Assembly: GCA_964187785.1 (NCBI GenBank)
Contig: OZ076413.1
Location: 48,300,001 to 48,364,000, forward strand
Origin: Amphiscolops sp. MND2022
Taxonomy: Eukaryota
Length of the DNA: 64,000 bases
Reading direction: 5' to 3'
Shown one piece after another: positions 13,512 through 27,516 of the stretch (within the stretch, counting starts at the first letter, position 1; each line of letters begins with the position of its first letter). Below the pieces are notes generated by a model, which was not told the DNA's origin, did no database searches, and worked only from the letters and a program-made list of their open reading frames with translations. A program made the translations under genes and the position numbers.

Positions 13512-15982
13512 CCTGATTGAGTTGAACAAAAACCTTTGCGTTGCGAACTTAAAATTGTCACATATGATATGTGATACTAAATAGTCCCGCTTCGGGCTTT
13601 TGTTGGCACTCTGTCGTCTTTTTGGACTTCTTGAGTTCACCACAGTGTCCCCTCTGGGAAATCTTTCAATTTTGTGTTGGGTAAAAGCCGTTTCAAGCCC
13701 AAAATTTACAACACTCTGAGATTTGTCAACGATTTCAGAAGACGGTCTCCTATATTTTGTTGTTTTTTTTATATCTGGACCTGGCACCGACTCCCTTGCG
13801 TAGATGATAAAATTCAGCTACTTCTTCTTGTCGACCAATTAGGGTTCGAAGGTATTTTGGAGGAGCTCAATCCAGCGCAAAATTGTTTTCTTTTTTTTCT
13901 GTATTCAATTATCTGGCGATTTCAAAAAGTGCCTTTTGGTAGGAATTGTAATTTAGCATGCTTAGTAAAAACCTTTTCTTAGTCTATCAATATTTATCTG
14001 AAAAAATCACTCTCGGAGAATCGCTAACTAAAATCAATTGGACCCCACTAACCAATAAAAGGAAGCGTCCTTCAAGTTTTTCATAATTTGGAGGCTCTAG
14101 GAAAATTAAATTCTCAGCAAATGTTCAAGTAAAAACAGAGTTGACTCCCCAGGGCAACCCATTTCCCATGACGTCCTAACAGGTAGCCAAGTTTTACAGT
14201 TTCCATGGGTACACCATCGATGGGCGTATTTACTAGGCGAACCAACAAACGGAACGCACAGAATAATCACTGTTCGAAATCGTTATATTTGTAAATAAGA
14301 CGTTGATAATCTTTGACTTTCTCTGTCAATCATCCTCTCATTACGTAATCAAATCTTCAACAAAGAATGATCCGAATCTTCAGGAAAAATCTTGACGGCT
14401 TTACCAGTCATTTCGTTCACACTCTTGATGTGAGAAACTTCATTTGATTCGAAGGGAAGATGTCAAAATGATAGACTTACCAGCTGAATTGCAATGTTCA
14501 GAGTTTTGAATCTTTTGTTGACAAATCTTTGAAACTTTGAGAGCTTATACATTTTCATGCGTTCCGTGTTTTATGGGTCACCTTGTAATATTCGTTACAT
14601 TTGACACTGACTTTTCTGACACTGTTTGCACAGCGTCTTCACGATACGCGGTTTCCACATACGTTTTCAACATATTCCCGGTAGTTGAAGTGCCTCAAAG
14701 CATTGGTGAACGGATCTAAGTATTTCTGGAGTTTTAGGTTTAGAATGAAAACGAAGTGTTTTGGATTAGAAATCTACCTACCATGTTTATGTCCCTTGGT
14801 AGCCTGGGTGGTTTTCGGTAAGTTTATCTGGAATTTCTGCACGTGTTAACTATCTCGTGATGGGACTTTCATCATCTAATTCATATATCAACGTAAGTAA
14901 ATTTCATCATTGGCATTTGGAACAAAATTATAGATTCTTGTACTTTTTGCTTTCAAATGAGGCTACTTTGATTCCATTCCACAGTTGACTATCCATGGTC
15001 CATGGGTGGTCATCAGCAGGTTGTCAGGGTACCAGTATGGTTTGTTTCGGCTGATTTGTATATCGAAGGCACGAATCTTTTTTCACATAATTCGTTTTTT
15101 CCGAAGGTCCACTATGTGAGTGAACCTGTGGTTCCTCAGCCCCTCGGAAAAATCCAAAATTCATGAACTATTGCACGAAACTTGCGAAAATTGAAGAGAA
15201 AAAAATCAATTCAATTATTCCGCGTCATGTTGTATATCTAATTTAAACCCATTTTTTTCTTGCTATCGATGCCATTTCTTTATCGCTACGGTTTTATACT
15301 TGCAGGAAACCGGTGGAGACATGGTCGGCTTCAAACTGTGATTGATCCCGAAACAACTTGCTGAAGTCACAAAAGTCTGGCTTCTCGTTGATGTTCTTTC
15401 ATTTTTGTTTTGTTCGACAAAAGTGTTTTCTTATGATCATAGCTGTGAGCACGGCATAAAAACTTGCTTAGATCCCAAAAAGTCGTAACAACACAGACTG
15501 AAATCTCTAATCACTGCACATTGCTCACCTGAAACTTGAATGTTTGACAGATTTTCATTAATTTTTTTGCAAATAAATTTTCGTTGAAAGCGTATGCTAA
15601 TTAGGTATTTTAATTGATTCCAACTCTCAATATTATCATACCTCCAGAAACGTCCAAAAATTTGCATGAAGGCGTCCAACATTGTTTCCTTCTGGTTCAG
15701 TGGTGCATTTTTTCCAAAAACCATATGAGTCTCTTTATGCTATGTAGTCGACTCAATTTTTTGTTGCAATTGAAAATCAACAGCGTAAAATGTTCTAAAC
15801 GGTGTGCTAAAGCGTTAGTTCACTCGCCCCAGAAAGTTGGGGATATTGTTACGTCCAAACCATTGTAACGTCCAAACATTTACGAGGAATAACCGAACAT
15901 TATAGGAACATTGGAAAATAATTGATTTTATTAGAAGCATTTTAACATGTTTTCTCCACAGGTATTTTTCCAACATCCAGGT

Positions 15983-16228
15983 TGTTCTATTTCGAGGTTT
16001 CTCCAAAATGATGAGCTATCGATAATGTCTCCAATTCCGAATCAACTGATCTTTATGCAAAAGTGGATAGCAATGACTATCTCAACTAATCTACTGTACA
16101 TACTTTCTGTATATATATGTAAAGTTGTACCAACAAAAAAAGGCGAATCATTCTTGCTCAATTAGGATTCATTCTGATTGACAGTTCATGAACCGAATAA
16201 TTCGGTATCGTTATTACACCGTATAACA
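15983..16228 (-). repeat. 3' LTR of Gypsy dimer
   Basis: TGTT...AACA termini. Minus-strand PPT GGAGGGGGGAA is adjacent at 16229-16239. Confidence 0.9.
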
Positions 16229-19200
16229 TTCCCCCCTCCTGGGGACGCTTTCTTTTACGTTTTTGATGAACCCGGCTTCGGGCTTTGCTCTCTCTCTCTC
16301 TCTCGAAGTCCGCCGGTTTCGGTAGGTTTCCTGCTGTTCCGATGAATCCTGAAACAAATTTTTTAAACCCATAATTATGTCCAGAAGTTTTTTGTTTATG
16401 GTACCCCCCGTATCTGTACGGTTGTCTACTCTCCCGATTTGACCTTCTTGTGAAAATATTTTCGGTTTTTAGTTTTTATTCTCACCGGTATGCACTTCGC
16501 TATCGGTATGCAGCTTCAGTTCGTCTTCAGGATTGGTAGTTATCAGTTTATATCCGTTTCTTTCGGATGTATCGGGGTTTTCCATTTCAGAATCGCTCTC
16601 GTCGTGGTCATTGATTTCTCCTTCCTCGCTCTCTGATTCGTTGTCTGAGTTTCCTGTCCGGTTTTGTATGATTTTCAGTTTTCCATTCAGGATATCTCTC
16701 AAATTCTCTTTCCACTGAATGTACTTCCCGTTTACTCCGCGTAAGCAATGTCTATTTTTCGGTGTCACCGATTTGAGGCGCCCGTTCTTTTTTCTTTTCG
16801 TTCTGAAATACAAATGGTCCCGAAACATGTTTTCGGTGAATCAATTTTCCGTGTTCGGTAGTTACGATCGATTCAGGTCCGCTTACTGCGTTTTGTATTT
16901 TCGCTTGGAATCTCCCTTCAAGTGATTTTTTATTGTGGTTTTTTTTCAACAAATATAAAGAAGTACTCACTATCCGAAGATTTCTTTCTCGGTATCTTTT
17001 CTGCCGCTTTTTCTTCGGTCTTGGTTTTCGCCAATACCAGATAGTTTGAAACATCACCCTCATCGTTTCTGGTAACGTATATCGGGATTTTTGGCTTTTT
17101 TCTGCTGAAACAGATAATTAGGACCAATCAGAGAGAGAAGATATTCCGCCTTTGATAAGATTCAATTCGTTTCTCGGTTTCCTGCCGTGATGAAACTCAA
17201 ATGGTGTTAATTTCAATCCCGTGTGTTATGTAAATTGCAGTACTTTAGGCGCTCTATTAACACATTCGGTCGGGCAAAAGTTACTTTCCAAATTAACTAT
17301 GATAATTTTTTTATTGTTTGTATCACGCTTCAACTGCTCCAGCACCTGTGTGTAGTCTCAGTGTTCAATTTCTATGTTTTTTGATTTGTAAAATTCGGTG
17401 TATTCTTTGGAATTAAAAACTCCGCCTTTATCCGGTTTGATCTTTTCCGGTATTCTGTAAAGATTGAAGTTTTGCGTTGAAAATGTATGACTTCTTCCCT
17501 CTCGGATGTTCTACAATTTTTTACGGTCGAGCATTTACTAAAACTATCAATTGCTACTAATATTTGATTTCCTCTGTTCAGTTTTTTATTGTTTAGTTTC
17601 CCGGAGAAATCAATTTGGATTTCCTGTCCCAGTTCGGTCAGTGTTTTTAATTTTCCGCTTTTGTCTTTCTGTATCTGGTATTTTAAATTCTTACCGGATG
17701 CTAGGCAGGCCACACATTTTGTCACTTTTTCCTCAAAGTCTTTTGTGATATCTGGCCCAAAATAATTTTAGACTCTTCTGCCATTTTTGTTGCTCCGGCG
17801 TGTCCGTAATGGAAGGTATCTAGAAGTTTCTTTCTGGGTTCACTCGGGACGATGATTTTGTCATCATGGAATGTCAGCCCCCACTTTATTGACCAGCGGT
17901 TGAATCGTTGTTTGTATTCTTCGGGTGCCATGCCACGATCGTTTCGGGTTTTTGCCAGTTTTACTCTATTCAATTCGGCGTCAGTTGATGATTTTTCTAT
18001 CATTGTTTTCAAGGAACAAAAATTCCATCTCAGCTTAAGTGATTGTTGTTTTTTCGTGGCTTTCTTCCCTTCGGTTACTGCTCCGACTATCTGGTTAATT
18101 TGCAGATAATTGGCTTCTTTTCCGTCCGTGTTATAACTTCGTAGGTCTACGATTGGTAAATTATCGCCTCAGATAATTTGACTTTCCCCATCGCTTTCGG
18201 GGTCTTCTATTTGTTCTTTGGACTCCGGGTCAATCTCTTCATCTTGTTCGTTTTTTGCTATCGGTTGATAGCCTTCACCCAGTCTGTTTGCCCGGTTAAT
18301 TAATTCTCCGTCAATTTCCGCGATTTCTTCTCTACTTGTAATACTGGGTCTGGCTGGGACCAATATTGTTCTTTGCGCATTCTGGTCGTATCTCCTTTTC
18401 ATTGTTCCTGCTCTCGCGATCTCTAGTCTTCTTCTCCATCAAACGTAGTGTTTCCGGGCTCTTCCTCTTGCTTCTGATGAGCTGCATTTATTCTGTTGTT
18501 GCGCCTCAATGGAAATAATTTCGGTCCATTTTGTTTTGATAATGCGATAATGGTAATTCGCTTGTTTGGTTTTGTACGCGTTTGAACTTTTGCAACTTAT
18601 TGTTCGGGACTGGTTTCTGTTTGTTCTTTTAGTTCGTTCACGCTTGGGTATTTCTCAGCTGCTCTGCTGTTTTCTGATCAGCCGATTAATTTGTTTTCGT
18701 GTGTCTTTATTTTGTACGGTTCATTTTGTGATTCGCTTGCTAATATGCTTCCGTATTTCATATTTAATTCGGCTTGCTCGTTGAAAATGTTTATCACATA
18801 TTGTTCATTGTATATTTTCGGTTGTAGCGCCCTCTACCGGATTTCTAATACGAAAATCGGTAAATTTTTATATTATTTCCGGCAAGATGTTGTATAGTTT
18901 TATCGAAGTGTGCTAGCCGGTCAAGCCATCAGGTTAATCTTGCGCTGTATTGTTTATTGCATCCATTTCGTTTAATTAACGGTTCTAAAGCTTGATGGTC
19001 GGTAAACAAATATACCTTCTTTCCGTATAAGTAAAATCGGAATTTTCTAATCCCCAAACAACTATTAGCAATTCTAATTCTCCATTTGAATATTTGTTTC
19101 GGTGTCGTTTAGAAATCTATTCCCGAATGCTATCGGTTTCCTATCGCCGTCCGATTGTTTTTGCCACAAAGTTTTACCGAGAAGAATTCAGATTTTTATC

Positions 19201-21217
19201 TCGCTTGTCCGGTATCCGGCTTTTTCTAATATACTCAGTACGTCGAACAATTTCGTTTCGTGTTCTTCTTTATTTCCCCGCGTTACCACTATTATATCAT
19301 CCAGCCATGCCGGTGTACAATTTTCTAGTGTTTTGTCAATTTTTTCTCGGAATATTGTGGGGATGTCGGCCAAACCAAAGAATCATTTTTTGAAACGGTA
19401 ATATCAGCTGAATTTTCCTCCGGGTATGGCAAATACGCATTGTCGGCTTGTTTCTTCGGATAGTTTCATTTGGCCGTATGCGTAGTCCAAGTCTATTTTT
19501 GATATCATGAGTTCTTTTGTTTCGTCATTAGATGTTTCTACCGAAATTTGAATTGAAAGTTCTTCCAGATTCTGCATGTGTTGTTAAACTTTGGTACGAC
19601 TGTCATTTTTCTTCCGTGAAGCTGAAGCAAATTTAACCAATTTATAATTCTTCACGGTTATCACTACTAGTGAAACAAAACAATCTTCGTCCACTTGTTC
19701 CACTCTCTCCAGGTGTCCACATTTTGTCAGTTTCTATAATTCTTTTCCGACTGCTTCATGAAAGTGTAGCGGTATCGGTCTTGTTTTTGTTTTGCCGGAT
19801 AGTGTCCGGGTTCCAGTTGTATGTTAAATTGGCGCGTTTGATGGTGGTATTATTCTTGAATAAGTCCGGGAATTAGTTGATTACTCTTCTCTTTTCTGAT
19901 TGGTTGTTCTCGTCGACTCGGAATTGTTAAATTGAATTTGTTTAACCAGTACATTCCAAGTAGTGGCGTTATATCGTTTCTTTCGGTAATTGGTAGTTGC
20001 ATTTTTTGTTTATTGTTTTCGTATTCAATGTCTACGGGTGTCTCCCCCAAAAATTTCACTTCGTTCTTGTTCACATCTTGATACCGGCGTTTTATTTCTC
20101 GTATTTCGGTTTCTTAAATTATTTCTTTGTCCGCCGGCGTTTTTGAAAGTGGTGACCTGGTATCTATCAATTTTTTCCTGTTCCATTTATTTTCACGGTT
20201 GTTGTCACGTATTTGTTTTTTGCTACTATTCTGTTGATTATTTCAATTCTGTATGTACTGGATTCTGATTCGTCAGTTTCTTCCCCAATCGCTGTCTTCT
20301 GATTCTCGGTTACGTTCCGTATCTTCCGTTTTTGTTTATTTTTTGATCTGCAAGCTCTCGCAAAATGGCTCTTCCCGCAATTATTAGATGTTTGTTCTAA
20401 TGCGGGACACTTGTGTGTTGGGTTCCAGTTCGGTGCCGTGCAAAACTTGCACAGTTTGTTGTTGTTGAATTTATTCTTCGGTCTCGTCGTAAGTTTGTCC
20501 ATTCGTTGAATCGGTTCTTCTTTGATTTCTTTTTCTTGGTTCGAACTCAGTGCTTCCGGTATTGTATTTTTACTGTTCTTCTTTTCATAAATGTTTTGTT
20601 TTATCATTTCAATCGTTTTCTTCATCTCAACTTTTTTCTCTTTCATTAATTTATCTCGAAATTTTTTGTCCGGAATTGCAGGCATAAATTTCGAAATAAG
20701 TAACTCTTCTGCTGTTATGCTCTCGAAGTTACATTCTTTTTCAATTTCTATCAGTCTCCGCCAGAAGTCTTCCGGAGTTTCTGTTTCGGTTTATGTTGTC
20801 CCGAAGAACTCACTTCGGTTCCGATATATTTTTTTTTCGGTGAGAAGTACTCGTTAAATAAGCGTATTAAGTCTTGATTGGTATCTTGTCCAGTTCAGTT
20901 TTATACATTGTCCGTGTCATCTGGTATAATGCTTCTGGGCCGATGCCCCAAGTGGAGTCTTCTTGTATTTCCGTTTGCTTTTTCGGCCAGCCGGTTTGTG
21001 TCATTTCGGCTCCCCGCATCAATTCTGCTATGTCTATTTTGTGTTTTCTTTTCATGTTTTGCCGAAATCTTTCGTTCGAGCCATTGTTTCGGTTTGTTTA
21101 TCTATTTTCCTTCGGTGGTAGCTTCGAAAATTGTTACTTCAATTTTTGTTTCTTCCGTCATCTTCTTGGCTTTGGTAAAATCTTGCCACTGTATAAAATA
21201 AATTGCTGACTGCTCCA
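16229..21217 (-). pseudogene. gag-pol of Gypsy unit 1, frameshifted
   Basis: Gag Cys/His knuckles (CKFC...HKC, NNCGKSHFARAC), RT WLDD (19188-19373), and IN HYGHAG/CVAC/QIDF/AIDSFSK. PBS TGGAGCAGTCAGC follows the LTR. Confidence 0.88.
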
Positions 21218-21655
21218 TGTTCTATTTCGAGGTTTCTCCAAAACGATAAGCTATCTATAATGTCTCCAATTCCCAATCAACTGATCTTTATGCAAAAGTG
21301 GATAACAATGACTATCTCAACTAATCTACTGTACATACTTTCTGTNNNNNNNNNNNNNNNNNNNNNNNNNNNNNNNNNNNNNNNNNNNNNNNNNNNNNNN
21401 NNNNNNNNNNNNNNNNNNNNNNNNNNNNNNNNNNNNNNNNNNNNNNNNNNNNNNNNNNNNNNNNNNNNNNNNNNNNNNNNNNNNNNNNNNNNNNNNNNNN
21501 NNNNNNNNNNNNNNNNNNNNNNNNNNNNNNNNNNNNNNNNNNNNNATAAAGTTGTACCAACAAAAAAAGGCGAATCATTCTTGCACAATTAGGATTCATT
21601 CTGATTGACAGTTCATGAACCGAATAATTCGGTATCGTTATTACACCGTATAACA
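21218..21655 (-). repeat. Shared middle LTR, interrupted by assembly gap
   Basis: Same sequence as the flanking LTRs, with 200 N replacing the (TA)n tract. Confidence 0.85.
21346..21545. other. Scaffold gap (200 N)
   Basis: Run of N seen directly. Confidence 1.
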
Positions 21656-24600
21656 TTCCCCATTCCCCCTTCCTGGGGACGCTTTCTTTCACATTTTTGA
21701 TGAACCCGGATTCGGGCTTTGCTCTCTCTCTCGAAGTCCGCCGGTTTCGGTAGGTTTCCTGCTGTTCCGATGAATCCTGAAACAAATTTTTTAAACCCAT
21801 AATTATGTCCAGAAGTTTTTTGTTTATGGTACCCCCCGTATCTGTACGGTTGTCTACTCTCCCGATTTGACCTTCTTGTGAAAATATTTTCGGTTTTTAG
21901 TTTTTATTCTCACCGGTATGCACTTCGCTATCGGTATGCAGCTTCAGTTCGTCTTCAGGATTGGTAGTTATCAGTTTATATCCGTTTCTTTCGGATGTAT
22001 CGGGGTTTTCCATTTCAGAATCGCTCTCGTCGTGGTCATTGATTTCTCCTTCCTCGCTCTCTGATTCGTTGTCTGAGTTTCCTGTCCGGTTTTGTATGAT
22101 TTTCAGTTTTCCATTCAGGATATCTCTCAAATTCTCATTCCACTGAATGTACTTCCCGTTTACTCCGCGTAAGCAATGTCTGTTTTCCGGTGTCACCGAT
22201 TTGAGGCGCCCGTTCTTTTTTCTTTTCGTTCTGAAATACAAATGGTCCCGAAACATGTTTTCGGTGAATCAATTTTCCGTGTTCGGTAGTTACGATAGAT
22301 TCAGGTCCGCTTACTGCGGTTTGTATTTTCGCTTGGAATCTCCCTTCAAGTGATTTCTTATTGTGGTTTTTTTCAACAAATGTAAAGAAGTACTCACTAT
22401 CCGAAGATTTCTTTCTCGGTATCTTTTCTGCCGCTTTTTCTTTGGTCTTGGTTTTCGCCAATACCAGATAGTTTGAAACATCACCCTCATCGTTTCTGGT
22501 AACGTATATCGGGATTTTTGGCTTTTTTCTGCTGAAACAGATAATTAGGACCAATCAGAGAGAGAAGATATTCCGCCTTTGATAAGATTCAATTCGGTTC
22601 TCGGTTTCCTGCCGTGATGAAGCTCAAATGGTGTTAATTTCAATCCCGTGTGTTATGTAAATTGCATTACTTTAGGCGCTCTATTAACACATTCGGTCGG
22701 GCAAAAGTTATTTTCCAAATTTACTATGATATTTTTTTTTATTGTTTGTATCACGCTTCAACTGCTCCAGCACCTGTGTGTAGTCTCAGTGTTCAATTTC
22801 TATATTTTTTGATTTGCAAAATTCGGTGTATTCTTTGGAATTAAAAACTCTGCCTTTATCCGGTTTGATCTTTTCTGGTATTCTGTAAAGATTGAAGTTT
22901 TGCGTTGAAAATGTATGACTTCTTCCCTCTCGGATGTTGTACAATTTTTTACGGTCGAGCATTTACTAAAACTATCAATTGCTACTAATATTTGATTTCC
23001 TCTGTTCAGCTTTTTATTGTTTAGTTTCCCGGAGAAATCAATTTGGATTTCCTGTCCCAGTTCGGTCAGTGTTTTTAATTTTCCGGTTTTGTCTTTCTGT
23101 ATCTGGTATTTTAAATTCTTACAGGATGCTAGGCAGGCCACACATTTTGTCACTCTTTTCTCAAAGTCTTTTGTAATATCTGGCCCAAAATAATTTTGGA
23201 CTCTTCTGCCATTTTTGTTGCTCCGGCGTGTCCGTAATGGAAGGTATCTAGAAGTTTCTTTCTGGGTTCACTCGGGACGATGATTTTGTCATCATGGAAT
23301 GTCAGCCCCCACTTTATTGACCAGCGGTTGAATCGTTGTTTGTATCCTTCGGGTGCCATGCCACGATCGTTTCGGTTTTTTGCTAGTTTTACTCTATTCA
23401 ATTCGGCGTCGGTTGATGATTTTTCTATCATTGTTTTCAAGGAACATAAATTCCATCTCAGCTTTCGTGGTTGTTGTTTTTTCGTGGCTTTCTTCCCTTC
23501 GGTTACTGCTCCGACTATCTGGTTAATTTGCAAATAATTGGCTTCTTTTCCGTCCGTGTTATAACATCGTAGGTCTACGATTGGTAAATTATCGCCTCAG
23601 ATAATTTGACTTTCCCCATCGCTTTCGGGGTCTTCTATTTGTTCTTTGGACTCCGGGTCAATCTCTTCATCTTGTTCGTTTTCTGCTATCGGTTGATAGC
23701 CTTCGCCCAGTCTGTTTGCCCGGTTAATTAATTCTCCGTCAATTTCCGTGATTTCTTCTCTACTTGTAATACTGGGTCTGGCTGGGACCCATATTGTTCT
23801 TTGCGCATTCTGGTCGTATCTCCTTTTCCTTGTTCCTGCTCTCGCGATCTCTAGTCTTCTTCTCCACCAAACGTAGTGTTTCCGGGCTCTTCCTCCTGCT
23901 TCTGATGAGCTGCATTTATTCTGTTGTTGCGCCTCAATGGAAATAATTTCGGTCCATTTTGTTTTGATAATGCGATAATGGTAATTCGCTTGTTTGGTTT
24001 TGTACGCGTTTGAACTTTTGCAACTTATTGTTCGGGGCTGGTTTCTGTTTGTTCTTTTAGTTCGTTCACGCTTGGGTTTTTCTCAGCTGCTCTGCTGTTT
24101 TCTGATCAGTCGATTAATTTGTTTTCGTGTGTCTTTATTTTGTTCGGTTCATTTTGTGATTCGCTTGCTAATATGCTTCCGTATTTCATATTTAATTCGG
24201 CTTGCTCGTTGAGAATGTTTATCACATATTGTTCATCGTATATTTTCGGTTGTAGCGCCCTCTACCGGATTTCTAATACGAAAATTGGTAAATTTTTATA
24301 TTATTTCCGGCAAGATGTTGTATAGTTTTATCGAAGTGTGCTAGCCGGTAAAGCCATCAGGTTAATCTTGCGCTGTATTGTTTATTGCATCCATTTCGTT
24401 TGATTAACAGTTCTAAAGCTTGATGGTCGGTAAACAAATATACCTTCTTTCCGTATAAGTAAAATCGGAATTTTCTAATCCCCAAACAACTATTAGCAAT
24501 TCTAATTCTCCATTTGATTATTTGTTTCGGTGTCGTCTAGAAATCTACTTCCGAATGCTATCGGTTTCCTATCGCCGTCCGATTGTTTTTGCCACAAAGT

Positions 24601-26649
24601 TTTACCGAGAATAAGTCAGATTTTTATCTTGCTTGCCCGGTATCCGGTTTTTTCTAATATACTCAGTACGTCGAACATTTTCGTTTCGTGTTCTTCTTTA
24701 TTTCCCCGCGTTACCACTATTATATCATCCAGCCATGCCGGTGTACAATATTCTAGTGTTTTGTCAATTTTTTCTCGGAATATTGTGGGGATGTCGGCCA
24801 AACCAAAGAATCATTTTTTGAAACGGTAATATCAGCTGAATTTTCCTCCGGGTATGGCAAATACGCATTGTCGGCTTGTTTCTTCGGATAGTTTGGCCGT
24901 ATGCGTAGTCCAAGTCTATTTTTGATACCATGAGTTCTTTTGTTTCGTCATTAGATGTTTCTACCGAAATTTGAATTGAAAGTTCTTTCAGATTCGGCAT
25001 GTGTTGTCAAACTTTGGTACGACTGTCATTTTTCTTCCGTGAAGTTGAAGCAATTTTTACCAATTTATAATTCTTTACGGTTATCACTACTAGTGAAACA
25101 AAACAATCTTCGTCCACTTGTTCCAAGTTCTCCAGGTGTCCACATTTTGTCAGTTTCTATATTTCTTTTCCGACTGCTTCATGAAAGTGTAGCGGTATCG
25201 GTCTTGTTTTTGTTTTGCCGGATAGTGTCCGGGTTCCAGTTGTATGTTAAATCGGCGCGTTTGATGGTGGTATTAATCTTGAATAAGTCCGGGAATTTGT
25301 TGATTACTCTTCTCTTTTCTGATTGGTTGTTCTCGTCGACTCGGATGTTTCCAATTGTTAAATTGAATTTGTTTAACCAGTACTTTCCAAGTAGTGGCGT
25401 TATATCGTTTCTTTCGGTAATTGGTAGTTGCATTTTTTGTTTATTGTTTTCGTATTCAATGTCTACGGGTGTCTCCCCCCAAAATTTAACTTCGTTCTTG
25501 TTCACATCTTGATACCGGTGTTTTATTTCTCGTATTTCGGTTTCTTAAATTATTTCTTTGTCCGCCGGCGTTTTTGAAAGTGGTGACCTGGTATCTATCA
25601 ATTTTTTTCCTGTTCCATTTATTTTCCTTTATTTTGTTGTCACGTATTTGTTTTTTGCTACTATTCTGTTGATTATTTCAATTCTGTATGTACTGGATTC
25701 TGATTCGTCAGTTTCTTCCCCAATCGCTGTCTTCTGATTCTCGGTTACGTTCCGTATCTTCCGTTTTTGTTTATTTTTCGATCTGCAAGCTCTCGCAAAA
25801 TGGCTCTTCCCGCAATTATTAGATGTTTGTTCTAATGCGGGACACTTGTGTGTTGGGTTCCAGTTCGGTGCCGTGCAAAACTTGCACAGTTTGTTGTTGT
25901 TGAATTTATTCTTCGGTCTCGTCGTAAATTTGTCCATTCGTTGAATCGTTTCTTCTTTGATTTCTTTTTCTTGGTTCGAACTCAGTGCTTCCGGTATTGT
26001 ATTTTTACTGTTCTTCTTTTCATAATTGTTTTGTTTTATCATTTCAATCGTTTTCTTCATCTCAACTTTTTTCTCTTTCATTAATTTATCTCGAAATTTT
26101 TTGTCCGTAATTGCAGTCATAAATTTCGAAATAAGTAACTCTTCTGCTGTTATGCTCTCGAAGTTACATTCTTTTTCAATTTCTATCAGTCTCCGCCAGA
26201 AGTCCGGAGTTTCTGTTTCGGTTTATGTTGTCCCGAAGAACTCACTTCGGGTCCGATATATTTTTTTTTCGGTGAGAAGTACTCGTTAAATAAGCGTATT
26301 ACGTCTTGATTGGGATCTTGTCCAGTTCAGTTTTATACATTGTCCGTGTCATCTGGTATAATGCTTCTGGGCCGATGCCCCAAGTGAAGTCTTCTTGTAT
26401 TTCCGTTTGCTTTTTCGGCCAGCCGGTTTGTGTCATTTCGGCTCCCCGCATCAATTCTGCTATGTCTATTTTGTGTTTTCTCTTCATGTTTTGCCGAAAT
26501 CTTTCGTTCGAGCCATTGTTTCTGTTTGTTTATCTATTTTCCTTCGGTGGTAGCTTCGAAAATTGTTACTTCATTTTTTGTTTCTTCCGTCATCTTCTTG
26601 GCTTTGGTAAAATCTTGCCACTGTATAAAATAAATTGCTGACTGCTCCA
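21656..26649 (-). pseudogene. gag-pol of Gypsy unit 2, frameshifted
   Basis: Near-identical to 16229-21217 and shares most of its disabling lesions. Confidence 0.88.
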
Positions 26650-26914
26650 TGTTCTATTTCGAGGTTTCTCCAAAACGATAAGCTATCTATAATGTCTCCA
26701 ATTCCCAATCAACTGATCTTTATGCAAAAGTGGATAACAATGACTATCTCAACTAATCTACTGTACATACTTTCTGTATATATATATATATATATATTTA
26801 TATGTAAAGATGTACCAACAAAAAGGGCGAATCATTATTGCACAATTAGGGTTCAAAAGTTGATTGACAGTTCATGAACCGAATAATTCGGTATCGGTAT
26901 TACACCGTATAACA
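26650..26914 (-). repeat. 5' LTR of Gypsy dimer
   Basis: TG...CA termini, internal (TA)n, followed by TSD CAGGT. Confidence 0.9.
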
Positions 26915-27516
26915 CAGGTAATCGACAACAGTGTGTATGATTTAGAAAAATTGCGAATATTTGGTCCTTTATAGACACTTTTTTCTCATTAAAGTTTTCT
27001 CATTTTCTTGTTCTTCTTGATAGTAAGTTTTACCTTTGATTTCCTCAAAAAAACACCGTCTGGATAGATGTGTGTTTCGTTTTCCAACGTTTAGTATAAT
27101 CTGTATATTCTTGGCGGAGTTTGATCAGAATCTACAAATTTACGAAACATCACAAATAAGACGACGCATCGTATTAAAATTTATACGAAAAAAAAAAAGA
27201 GAACTGGAAGTGAGAAATACTCATGAAAATGTTTAAAGACGTTTTTCTGCTGAGTTTTCAACTGACTAAAACGTTCTAACAAAAAACGATGAGGCATGGT
27301 AATTTATTCTGTATTATATTCACACGAAAACGGAATCAAAACTTTTTTACTCTAAGCAATCACCGTTTAAGATATTTACGATGTTTTTGTGGACCGATTG
27401 GGGGAACGATGTTTTTGGGGGGTTTTACGATCACCATTTAAGATGTTTTTGGGGACCAAATAGAAAGTCTCTTTTCGTGTTTTATGCCAAAATGCCATGT
27501 TTGAGAAAATGCTGTT

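Larger units (their letters stand above)
15983..26914 (-). mobile_element. Tandem dimer of a 5.4-kb Ty3/Gypsy element with three LTRs
   Basis: LTRs at 15983-16228, 21218-21655 and 26650-26914. A single 5-bp TSD CAGGT (15978-15982 and 26915-26919). Two near-identical internal regions. Confidence 0.92.

Noticed and set aside
13512..15977. Possible spliced host gene on the minus strand (GTAAG/GTAGG donor-like sites near 14480 and 14780)
   Set aside because: Candidate exons contain stops and no recognisable domain, so it cannot be supported.
21203..21800. ORFs spanning the N run
   Set aside because: Artefacts of translating the gap.
24955..25512. 185-aa plus-strand ORF and similar antisense ORFs over the retroelements
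   Set aside because: Shadow frames opposite pol/gag, and not open in the sister unit.
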